Shown here one piece after another: positions 18,955 through 27,634 of a DNA stretch of 27,634 nt. Source of the DNA: Candidatus Methanomethylicia archaeon. Lineage in GTDB: Archaea; Thermoproteota; Methanomethylicia; CALHIW01. The notes beneath the pieces were generated by a model that saw nothing but the letters and a program-made list of their open reading frames with translations, was not told where the DNA came from and did not search any database. Every line of letters starts with the position of its first letter. Position 1 is the first letter of the stretch. Position numbers and translations under genes: made by a program. Location: contig JAWBQF010000031.1 of the NCBI GenBank assembly GCA_038845975.1, forward strand, positions 1-27,634, read 5' to 3'.

Positions 18955-19863
18955 CTATATTGATCCTAGAAATGCATCGATAATTATGAGGAATACAATA
19001 CCGATAAAAGGTATGCCTATAAATGTTAAAATTAATAGTGTTACTGCTGGATCTATTAGGAATCCTCCAAGCATTGATATTATTATGAGTATTATTATGA
19101 GTATTATTGGACCTACAACAACTAGAGCTATATACATTTCAGCTAAATATGTTAAGTTATCTATTACTCTTCTTAACTGATCCCTCTTCTTAGCTATAAG
19201 CTTTTCATATGTATATAGGAAGTACGATCTTAAATCCCCACTTGTAATTATGGTGTTTATGACTCCGTTAAGAATTGATGCCAGCGTTCCTGATGGGGAG
19301 CTTACTATAGCATTTCTTAAAGCTGTAACTATATCTTGACCGAAAACATGTACATCCCTTATAATAAGTCTAGCAATATGTGTTAGTATCGGCTCCGGTT
19401 GAAGCTCAACAGTTCTCTCTAGTATGTGCTCAATTGAAAGTCCTGCTGAAGCAAGACCAGCTATATATCCGGTAGCATGAGGTAAAATTAGTTCAAGCCT
19501 TCTCCTTAGGGAGCTTACACGATATACTGGATTAGCTATCAGAATCCATACCGTAATGCCTGTAGCTATTAAGCCTAAAAGAACGCTTAGAAGTATAGAT
19601 ATGGTTAATGGGTAATGTAGGATGAAGAGATGTATGCTCATACCAAGAATGAATAGTAGTGTAAACGCAAGTATTGATAGGAATAGAATTAATGATATGT
19701 AAGCATTAAAGTATAGTGGTATTAATGATTTAGAGTAGAATTCTCTAAATGCCTTAAATCTACTCGATACTTTCTCAGCTTGATTCTTAAATATCCTATG
19801 TGCTAAACGGATAAGTACATTATGTCGCTTAACAGTAAAACTTATCTTTTCGATTCTACTCAA
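18955..19863 (-). CDS. Type II secretion system F-family (TadB/TadC-like) membrane platform protein
   Basis: LPHATGYIAGLASAG, FGQDIVTAL, SPS, SGDL and LAEMYI..VVGP; coupled to the ATPase gene. Confidence 0.92.
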   Translation of the reverse strand: MSRIEKISFTVKRHNVLIRLAHRIFKNQAEKVSSRFKAFREFYSKSLIPLYFNAYISLILFLSILAFTLLFILGMSIHLFILHYPLTISILLSVLLGLIATGITVWILIANPVYRVSSLRRRLELILPHATGYIAGLASAGLSIEHILERTVELQPEPILTHIARLIIRDVHVFGQDIVTALRNAIVSSPSGTLASILNGVINTIITSGDLRSYFLYTYEKLIAKKRDQLRRVIDNLTYLAEMYIALVVVGPIILIIILIIISMLGGFLIDPAVTLLILTFIGIPFIGIVFLIIIDAFLGSI

Positions 19864-21397
19864 CTATACCAATCCTTACCCGTTCATATATACTCTTAGG
19901 ATTATAGTAGAATGCTCTAATAATTTTCGAAACGTCCCCGAAGCTTCTGATATTGTTTTTAATCATCCACTTCAAAACCTCAATTCTCCTCTTATATTCG
20001 TCAAGAACCTCCATAGGACTAATCTGTCTAATACTAGCTATCTTATTCAGAATATAGCTTTTACCTGTATATGTAAATGAATCGCTTAAAGCATCCCATT
20101 TAAATAATGGATTCATAATAACCTCATTACTTCTAGGATCAACATCTACAATCTCCACAACATTTAATACTCTACGCTTAATATCCCCTCCAATCTTAGT
20201 TCTACCTGTAAGTATTAGCGTGTTTATGAGCGGAATAAGCTGTCTAGGAATATCCATAGGCTTAGTTTCAAGTCTTCTAATAGCAACCTCAATTCCCTCA
20301 GCATGAATTGTACATAATCCACCATGACCTACAGATAATGCCTGGAAGAATGTATATGCCTCCTCCCCTCTTACCTCACCAACGATAATATAGTCTGGAC
20401 GCATTCTTAAGGAGGATTTTAATAGATCGAATAACGTAACATCCTGAACACCGGGCTGAAAGCTTGGTCTTGTAACTAGTGGAATCCAGTTTTCATGTGG
20501 AAGCCTCAACTCTCTCGTCTCCTCAATGGTTATGATTTTAGATTCAGGTCTAATAAATGTAGCTATAGCATTTAGAAGTGTTGTTTTACCTGATGCTGTA
20601 GCTCCACATATCATTGCCGACCTTATATTCTCAATTAAAATCCATAGGTAGGCACTTATATCCGTAGATATTGTTCCGTAATTTATCAAGTCAATAATTG
20701 TAAAGGGCTCCTCCCTGAACTTCCTAATTGTAAATGTTGATCCCTTCTTGGAAACCTCCTCGAGAGTTAAATGTATCCTATATCCTTCAGGAATAGATCC
20801 CTCAACGATAGGCTTAGCAATAGATATTTGTTGACCAGCCTTATATGCAAGCCTAACAATCATGGAGTTAAGCTCATCAACGCTTTCAAAAACAATATTT
20901 GTCGGTAGAGTTTCATAAAGTCGATGCCAAACATAAACCGGAATATTAACACCATCACAGCTAATATCTTCAATATTAGGATCCCTAATTAAGCATTCAA
21001 GCTTACCATACTCTAATAAATCCCTAAAAACGTAGTATAGTATCTTATCGATTGCCTCCTTAGCTATACCTATACGATAATCCTTAATTATGGCTTTGGT
21101 TTTCTCCTCAATCCACTTCCTAACATCAACTTCCTCTATTCTTTCAAACTTTTCAGCTGCCTCCTCCCTAAGAATATTCTTAATCCTATTAATCGCTATA
21201 ACCTCATTAGGTAAAAGATCTGGCTCGATAACATAATACTTTAACTTACCATCAGGCTCGATAACAATACCTGCATAAGTATATGGAGGCTTAACGAGAT
21301 AAAAATCCTTAAAAACCAATTCCCCAGTAACTTTCGGCTTAGCCTCCTCAACAATAATCTTCTCAACAGCCTTACGTCTAAGCCTAAATAAAGGCAT
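19856..21397 (-). CDS. Type II/IV secretion system ATPase (FlaI/TadA/VirB11-like)
   Basis: DPNIEDISCDG, FTIRKF, Walker A GATASGKTT, TIEETREL, LRMRPDYIIVGEVRG and His box GH...TIHA. A TATA-like box at ~21419-21428 favours start 21397; the ORF extends to 21418. Confidence 0.95.
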   Translation of the reverse strand: MPLFRLRRKAVEKIIVEEAKPKVTGELVFKDFYLVKPPYTYAGIVIEPDGKLKYYVIEPDLLPNEVIAINRIKNILREEAAEKFERIEEVDVRKWIEEKTKAIIKDYRIGIAKEAIDKILYYVFRDLLEYGKLECLIRDPNIEDISCDGVNIPVYVWHRLYETLPTNIVFESVDELNSMIVRLAYKAGQQISIAKPIVEGSIPEGYRIHLTLEEVSKKGSTFTIRKFREEPFTIIDLINYGTISTDISAYLWILIENIRSAMICGATASGKTTLLNAIATFIRPESKIITIEETRELRLPHENWIPLVTRPSFQPGVQDVTLFDLLKSSLRMRPDYIIVGEVRGEEAYTFFQALSVGHGGLCTIHAEGIEVAIRRLETKPMDIPRQLIPLINTLILTGRTKIGGDIKRRVLNVVEIVDVDPRSNEVIMNPLFKWDALSDSFTYTGKSYILNKIASIRQISPMEVLDEYKRRIEVLKWMIKNNIRSFGDVSKIIRAFYYNPKSIYERVRIGIVE

Positions 21398-21625
21398 AAA
21401 AATATATATTCCAAACATATTTAAAACTTACTAGATTAGCTTCGGGATACCATCAACCTAGATATAAACGTATAGAGCTAATAGCTTAAAGAGTAGACTT
21501 ATATTCCCATAAACTCTAGCCTCCATCAAACTCTAACCGGCTAATTTAAGCTAACTTAATGTTAGCTATGTGTTCATGAAGTCTTGTTTTCTTCAACTCA
21601 CACGATTCCTACATCTAAATCTACA

Positions 21626-22311
21626 GGCTTTGTTAACTTAAGCATGTTTATCACCTCTATTTTGTTATTGTGTTTCTATGAATTCTTAGCTTTTATTTTC
21701 CTTATCCATGTTTGTTTAGTATTATATTATTGATTTTATAAGCATTAATACATTTTCACCATTACATCTATCCTTCATGCATGGTATATAATTATCAAAT
21801 ACTCTATCCTTAACATACTGTATTACTCCTCCATTAGATTCTAACCTCTAAACTATATAATGTTTTTTAATATTTTACATGATGCTTATAGTATTGAGCT
21901 CCATCACTTAATACAATTATATTCCATAGATGGTTTTAATCTTTTAATGTTAGGGATGTAAGTATATTTGAAACATCACAACTCACATATAGAGAATCCT
22001 CCTCAATAATGGCTCGAATGCAACATAAATAACCTTACTCTTAAAACCTACACTTACAATAGATCAACTATAATCCTAACATCTCTTTTATCAAATTCAA
22101 ATAGAAGCTTAAGATAAACCACGATAATATAGATACATAACCTAAAATAATAAAGCTTAAAATATCTAAGCCATTCTAGATGAATGGAAATATTAAGCAA
22201 TAAACAACTAGAGTAAATGGAGTTCCCTCCCTAACAAACCTAACAATTTTAACCATATTAACACCATAAATAGGGGGAGAACTCCCAAATAAATCTAAAG
22301 TTAACAAAGCC
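21626..22311 (-). mobile_element. IS6-family element type A, copy 2 (degenerate)
   Basis: Same 14-bp TIRs as 15400-16130; perfect 8-bp TSD aatctaca; many small deletions relative to copy 1. Confidence 0.92.
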
Positions 22312-22385
22312 AATCTACAATACATAATGTTTAAATTTAACTATGAATTTATTAAAATAGTATGCATGGATTATTAATTAGGCTG

Positions 22386-22443
22386 TTTATGGTTATAATA
22401 GGTTTTTCATGGATTTTATGGTTATAATAGGTTTTTCATGGAT
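22386..22443 (+). repeat. Perfect 29-bp tandem duplication
   Basis: tttatggttataataggtttttcatggat x2. Confidence 0.95.
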
Positions 22444-22762
22444 TTATATTGAGTTAGCATATTGGTTTTTCTTTGATTATATGTTTGAGTACCTCTTCGC
22501 AATTATTTTAGGCGCCTCACTGCTTGTTATCTTAAAATATGTTATTAACGTTGATGTTTCCCAGGAGCTAATAGTTATCCTAATAATCGTTCCTGTAGCT
22601 ATTATGATAAGTTGGATTGGGAAATTATATTTTCCGGATTTATTTACAAATATTATTCTTCTTAATTTTATTATCCATGTTATAGTAGGCTACATACTTC
22701 AAGACTTTATTATTAGTCTCCTTCTAGTATTTGCTACTAGAAGCTCATCAAAAGGAGCTTAA
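22409..22762 (+). CDS. Hypothetical membrane protein (~4 TM)
   Basis: Strongly hydrophobic 117-aa ORF; the ancestral start is probably 22362, before the 29-bp duplication. Confidence 0.6.
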   Translation: MDFMVIIGFSWIYIELAYWFFFDYMFEYLFAIILGASLLVILKYVINVDVSQELIVILIIVPVAIMISWIGKLYFPDLFTNIILLNFIIHVIVGYILQDFIISLLLVFATRSSSKGA

Positions 22763-22912
22763 AATAGCTACCTATAAAATAATAGCCTCATAGATTATAC
22801 TTCATTTATGTTGCTCCATCTTAAAGTTTATTTAGGGTTTCTAAGTATGTATTCCTCATATGGATAGGATATTAAGCTTCTTATCATCTAGAAGATAGGT
22901 AATACTACTATA

Positions 22913-23680
22913 GAACTCATTGTAAACCTCAAGTATATTATTATGCTACTTGTATGGACTAGAAATGTTAATGCTAGCCTTTCATATCTTATGGTTATTT
23001 TCTAAGTAATATTATCCATCAAAGAACCTTTCAATAGCGTCCTCCATTTATTTATATTCCCCCATCAAATTTATATGGTCTTCTATGTCTAGCTTACTTC
23101 TTGAGTTGAAATCTATGTTTGCTTTTACTCTTAAGGTATTCTCCTATCCTCCTAATCTATGCTAATTCATCTATAACTCCTTAGATCTCCTCTAGTCCTA
23201 TCGTGCTTAAACATTACTTAGGAGCTTTATGAAGTGCTCGGAGCCGTATTCATTGATTGCTAGCTTGAAGGCTTACGTAGAGCTTTAGGCAATACGATAA
23301 CGTAAATCTTCATGCCCTTAATATGCTTATATCATCGTATTCAACTAGTTCTTCCTAACCTTAATCGCTGTTCACTGCAATCCTATCAAGACTTAAGAAT
23401 AACCCTTATTAAGAAGTTAAGTATTTTCCTCCATACGCTTAGCTTCATTTACTTCTTAAGCTCTCTAAAAGCTATTAGGTAATGTCCATACCTAACGGCA
23501 TATCCATCCAACGACAACCAGTAACAAGTACGTATAAAATACATTCAACAAGCATATTATCAATTTTAGGCCCCTAGTCCAGCCTAAGAGAAAACGGAGA
23601 CTTAATAAGCCTCATTCATCATTAAGCTCACGAAAATTCATGGAGAAAGGTAAAAACTTAAATAGTTTTGCAATGAGTTC
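22913..23680 (-). mobile_element. IS5-family (IS427-like) remnant
   Basis: TIR gaactcattgtaaa / tttgcaatgagttc (13/14); fragments MNFRELNDE, ILYVLVTGCRWMDMP, AIERFF and KITIRYERLALTFL; ATA on both flanks. Confidence 0.88.
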
Positions 23681-24087
23681 ATAGATAGCCATAGAGGCTA
23701 ATTAGATGATATAATGGTTACAATGAATTCAAGATGAGGATAAAGTATGAGGCCAGTATACTACGAATAAGATAGGACAGATCAGGAGGTGATGATGTAG
23801 AGCAACATATCTAAATCTTCAGAAACGGATAGAACAACATCATACTATGTAAAAGCTGCAAAAGGTTAAAATAAGGGATTAATGTATTGCTAAACATTCA
23901 GAGAGCATTACAATACATGAAGGCTAAAGGCAATGCTAAACATAATAATATTCACATACGTAACAGTACATTTGGAATAATAGTTAGAAATTTAGACAGT
24001 ATATACGATAACATCCTCATAATCTAAATCCTGATAACCCTAAAATCTATACTGCCTGTACGCATTACTATACTAACAGTTTAAGAA

Positions 24088-25263
24088 TTATCCTTGCTCA
24101 AAGCAATCATATGTTTCAAGATTTAGATCAGGCATATATTTCCAATCTTCCTTTTCAACATTTTTAACCTCCACACATATCATTCCTTGGCTTGGTAATT
24201 TAAATTCTGCATATCCATCTCCTCTCGTAGTTTCCTCCATTCCTCCTCCGCTAACTGTAATCGTTACCTTTGCGCCGGGAACTCCTTTTCCATCGATATC
24301 AACTATTTTTACACGTGCATATAGCGAATTCCCCCTCTCTTTGAAGGTTATTTCATAGACATATAATATCTTTAAATCTCTACCTCCAACTACTAAAGTT
24401 CTTGCCGAATACTCGTCTACTTGAACAATAATATTGTTGATGTTTATAGTTAGCGTTACGTTAACATCAACCCATATAAGTTCTTTCCCTTGTATAATAT
24501 TTTTATCAAACCGGTACCTAAAGGACATTGGTGTTCCATAACCCTCTCTTAGAGTTACATATCCATAGTTAAGTGTGGAGTCTTCAAGAATAAATGCAGA
24601 TGTAATATTTCCCCCCGTTTCGGAATTGTAGAATTTTATAGATGCCCCTATAATTATTGCTGTAACTCCTCTTAGATTTGATCTTTGTGTAACATATATG
24701 TGGAACGGATCTTTACCTAGAATTATTTTATCTGGAGGCGGCTGATCTGGTGAGAATACCGTGAAGTGTATGTGAGGTAGTATTTCTTTATGTATGTATT
24801 CTCTTAATGTATAGTGAATATATGCTTTATTTCCTCTTCTTGTTACAAGTATAAATGTATAGTTTTTAGTTGTATCTATGGTATAATCTATACCTACTCC
24901 TGTTTTTTCCTCTTGGGGTTTAAGATAAATAGCTGGATTAAACTGGAATACCTTATGGATGTTATCTGTTCTATTTATTATCCATAGCTGATCTACTTCC
25001 AAAGGTATTGTGCCCTGATTCTCAATAGTCATGTTTATTCTACTATATCTTGATGATATATTTATCCATAGCGTCTTTATTGCAAGTCTCTCCTGTATTT
25101 TCTCCCAGTCAAATCTATTCATCTCAATAACTGATAAATTATATATTCCTATATGTGTCATTACGTATAGTAGGAAAGCTATGGATAATACAAGTATAGA
25201 TAGGAAGAATAGAGTTCCTATCACCGAGGTTATTCCCTTACGGTCTCCATAACACCTCATCAT
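24088..25263 (-). CDS. Large pilin-like protein / minor pilin adhesin with class III signal peptide
   Basis: DRKG|ITSVIGTLFF plus hydrophobic helix, QERL, N.G.I...V..LWI and VTRRGN; C-terminal GKGVPGAKVT...GDGYAEF Ig/transthyretin-like module. Confidence 0.85.
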   Translation of the reverse strand: MMRCYGDRKGITSVIGTLFFLSILVLSIAFLLYVMTHIGIYNLSVIEMNRFDWEKIQERLAIKTLWINISSRYSRINMTIENQGTIPLEVDQLWIINRTDNIHKVFQFNPAIYLKPQEEKTGVGIDYTIDTTKNYTFILVTRRGNKAYIHYTLREYIHKEILPHIHFTVFSPDQPPPDKIILGKDPFHIYVTQRSNLRGVTAIIIGASIKFYNSETGGNITSAFILEDSTLNYGYVTLREGYGTPMSFRYRFDKNIIQGKELIWVDVNVTLTININNIIVQVDEYSARTLVVGGRDLKILYVYEITFKERGNSLYARVKIVDIDGKGVPGAKVTITVSGGGMEETTRGDGYAEFKLPSQGMICVEVKNVEKEDWKYMPDLNLETYDCFEQG

Positions 25264-25666
25264 AACCCCCTCTAAGACTTACAGCTTTGACATAATATGT
25301 TTTATTCTCTATATTAAAGCTAGTATTACAGCTAATACCTTTAACCATATTAACCAAAACTTCAACTCTCCCCCCATCAATAACTACAGGAGTTTCATTA
25401 ACATAAATACCAACAATAGTTACAGGTACTCTCCCAAAATTATAAATATATACTGTAATCTTATTCGTACTATTTAATGCTATATTAACTATTGTAAACC
25501 TCTCTCTTAAAGCCTCCTCCTCCTCTTCAATCATAGATCTAAATATCGATTGCTGAAACTGAATTAAGCCTAAACCATGAAGATAAAGTAGGGAACTAAT
25601 ACCTACAACTACAAGTAGTAAAACCAACATACTAACGATGCTGCTTACCCCAATTCTATTCATCAA
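25238..25666 (-). CDS. Archaeal type IV pilin
   Basis: NRIG|VSSIVSMLVLLLVVV, ERFTI, VYIYNFG...I..IYVN and VKAVSLRG; overlaps the next gene. Confidence 0.85.
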   Translation of the reverse strand: MMNRIGVSSIVSMLVLLLVVVGISSLLYLHGLGLIQFQQSIFRSMIEEEEEALRERFTIVNIALNSTNKITVYIYNFGRVPVTIVGIYVNETPVVIDGGRVEVLVNMVKGISCNTSFNIENKTYYVKAVSLRGGYDEVLWRP

Positions 25667-26319
25667 TTACAACCATTAATAATATATGGATATGCTTAAA
25701 AAGCTTTCCAAAGGTATACTAAGCTAATCTCATAATGCCTTTAGAAATATAGCTTTATAAGCTACATCATATAGTGGAGTTATGAGGAGCTTGATCTAGG
25801 TTTTGCTAGAGGATTGTTAGGAGGTAATGGTTAAAATTATAAATCAATGCTTAACATCTCCTTATCAAAGACTCTACGAATCCACTTGGAGAAATTTAAT
25901 ATCTTTTATAAATCTTATTAACATAAAACCATTACCTGTTCAAAAGAATTGTAGTCCATATGAAACCATTTAGTAGCTGTAAACATTATCTGTTAATAAA
26001 TACTAATCAAATTTAGATGCTTATACTATTTCATCATATCTCCTACTAGATTTCAATTCAATTTATTAATATTTAATCCGTTGGAGGAATAAGGAAGTAT
26101 GAAGTAACGTTCAAAGATCAAACGCTTAGAAAGCCTCTAATAATTGGTTCCGCATCGATTAAGAAAGTAGCTAAAATCCCATCATTCTAAAATGGGAAAT
26201 CTATAAATATAGGTAATGCTCCACACAACAAGAAACATAATTATATAGCTACCTACAAATAATTCCTACCTCCGCTTACAGCTTAATCACAGCAAGATAA
26301 TGTTTACTTTTCTAATAAC

Positions 26320-26953
26320 GGACCCGACAACTTAAGTTTCACCTCCTTAAGTAGTTGTAGTATGTGAACATGTTGTAGATTAGTTCCAGCATACTATGCT
26401 CCTTCTCCACCTTATTCCTTGTTGTTTGGGTTTATCATTATGTTGTTGAAGAATGCTTGTTCTCCGTTAGAGATGAAAATACCGATTCCACAATACTTCT
26501 TCTCCGAATTGATGGTAATACCAATATTATTAATGCCTTTAAGTAATGGATATCCACTATTCGACTTTCCACTGCATAGTATTAATACTCGGCTAAGGAA
26601 TGATCTAGCCGAAAATGATCATGGATGAATCATCATACATACTATCTTGTCCCCCTCAACATCTAGATGAAATGTAGCTAATCCATTACCTTAACGTACA
26701 TATCATCAACAGCTATAAATCACCTAGGCTTAACATCCATGGATAGACAATCCATAACTTAACAACCCAAACATATTTCTTAAAACCTTCTTAGTGCCCT
26801 AGCATCCCTCCTAATACAATTGAACATAAAAGGATAAACAGAGAACCTTAAGCTCAAAGAAACCCTCTCAAATAAATGAAAACTCTCAACAACATCCCTC
26901 AAACATAAGATAAATAATAAAATACATAACTAAAACATTAAGTTGCAAAGTCC
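26320..26953 (-). mobile_element. IS6-family element type B (degenerate), putative parent of the 50-bp MITE
   Basis: TIR ggacccgacaacttaa / ttaagttgcaaagtcc; perfect 8-bp TSD ctaataac; fragments FELKVL, IAVDDMYVKV, RRSIVESVFSSL and FFNNI. Confidence 0.88.
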
Positions 26954-26961
26954 CTAATAAC

Positions 26962-27634
26962 GGTTCTGTCCGGATAAGATATGGGTTGAGAATAAGTTTT
27001 AATCTTTTCTTGTTTTTCTAAAGTATTGTTGCTATTCTTATCTTAAAATTGTGCTTAATATTTCAGTTATTCTTGCTTTTTTAAATTTAATGTTAAATAT
27101 GATGATGTGATAATAAGTCATCTCTTGCTTTTTTCTTTGTCTTATCTTAGAAATCGTAGTAGAGCTTAAAAGCTCTTAAGAAGCTGTTAGAGCTTAAAGC
27201 TAAGCTTTGTTCTCTCTTAGTTTTTAAGGGTATTCTTAAGTTAACGTTGATGTTATAGAGGAATATGCTTGTTCTATGCTTAGGTAAGCAAAGCCTTTCT
27301 ATTAAGCTTCCTTTCCATGAATTATATTTTCTTGCTCTAAGCTAATCTCTAATTTCTTCCTTAAGCTAAGAATCTTTATCCCTTATTATTCTTGGCTTGT
27401 TATATTTGTTAAGTATTTTGAAGGAAATCTGTTACTAAAGAACTCCTAGTGGATAAGCTCTATTCTACAAGCTTCTTAGTATTAATATTTATGATAGCAT
27501 AAACCCAAAATTTTAGCTTTGTGGTTTAATATTCATTTCTCATAATCTATATCATTAAATACTATGGTTATAGGAATGCTTATTAAGCTTTTCGTACTTT
27601 ATGTAAACTTGAATTTGCAAAATTTCGGAATTAA
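26962..27634 (-). mobile_element. IS6-family remnant type C (probably extends beyond the window)
   Basis: End ggttctgtccgga; minus-strand fragments INTKKLV, TRSSLV, KPRIIRDK, SLIER and KHRTSIFLYNINVN. Confidence 0.7.

Noticed and set aside
19077-19110. tattattatgag repeat
   Set aside because: Simply encodes the IILIILII transmembrane segment.
15400-22311. IS6 composite transposon carrying the pilus core genes
   Set aside because: The copies are in direct orientation, but copy 2 has its own TSD and the outer flanks (agttcctg vs aatctaca) do not match; independent insertions are simpler.
17079-25666. Archaellum operon
   Set aside because: Two single-domain TadC-like genes, no recognisable FlaF/FlaG or archaellin, and the KaiC-like neighbour lacks the Walker A that FlaH needs.
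875-26628. Antisense or shadow ORFs in the track (875, 1544, 2670, 3544, 5208, 9657, 11358, 12326, 13942, 17968, 18114, 18465, 18950, 25031, 26419)
   Set aside because: They overlap well-supported genes, pseudogenes or IS remnants on the opposite strand and show no motifs.
1-27634. tRNA or rRNA genes; alternative genetic code explaining the broken ORFs
   Set aside because: No GC-rich cloverleaf or rRNA motifs seen; the lesions are mostly frameshifts, and long genes read normally with all three stop codons in use.

Overview
AT-rich archaeal DNA, probably Thermoproteota/TACK. This is inferred from TATA boxes ~25 bp before many start codons, KaiC/RAD55 ATPases, PIN/HEPN toxin-antitoxin (TA) modules and class III signal peptides. 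About 17 intact genes cover only ~44% of the window. They include an archaeal type IV pilus-like locus (two pilin-like genes, a secretion ATPase, two TadC-like membrane proteins and an adjacent Walker-A-degenerate KaiC-like protein), a second, intact KaiC-like ATPase, vapBC and wHTH-MNT/HEPN TA pairs, a stand-alone LigD 3'-phosphoesterase, an acylphosphatase with a coiled-coil tail, an MBL hydrolase, an AAA14/DUF4143 ATPase and a retropepsin-like protein. The rest is decayed DNA: five IS6-family remnants, an IS5 remnant, a broken tnpB and several pseudogenes. The most unusual structures lie outside the ORF track. (i) A 50-bp IS6-derived mini-element occurs in three copies, with its apparent parent IS in the window. 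(ii) At 10781-10974, three different 50-59-bp terminal-inverted-repeat (TIR) elements are stacked in tandem, each preceded by a copy of the same (g)YYGGTAAY 8-9-mer; a similar re-use of one target is seen at 26312-26975. (iii) An inverted, self-templated insertion lies inside tnpB. All calls come from reading motifs by eye; no database searches were run.
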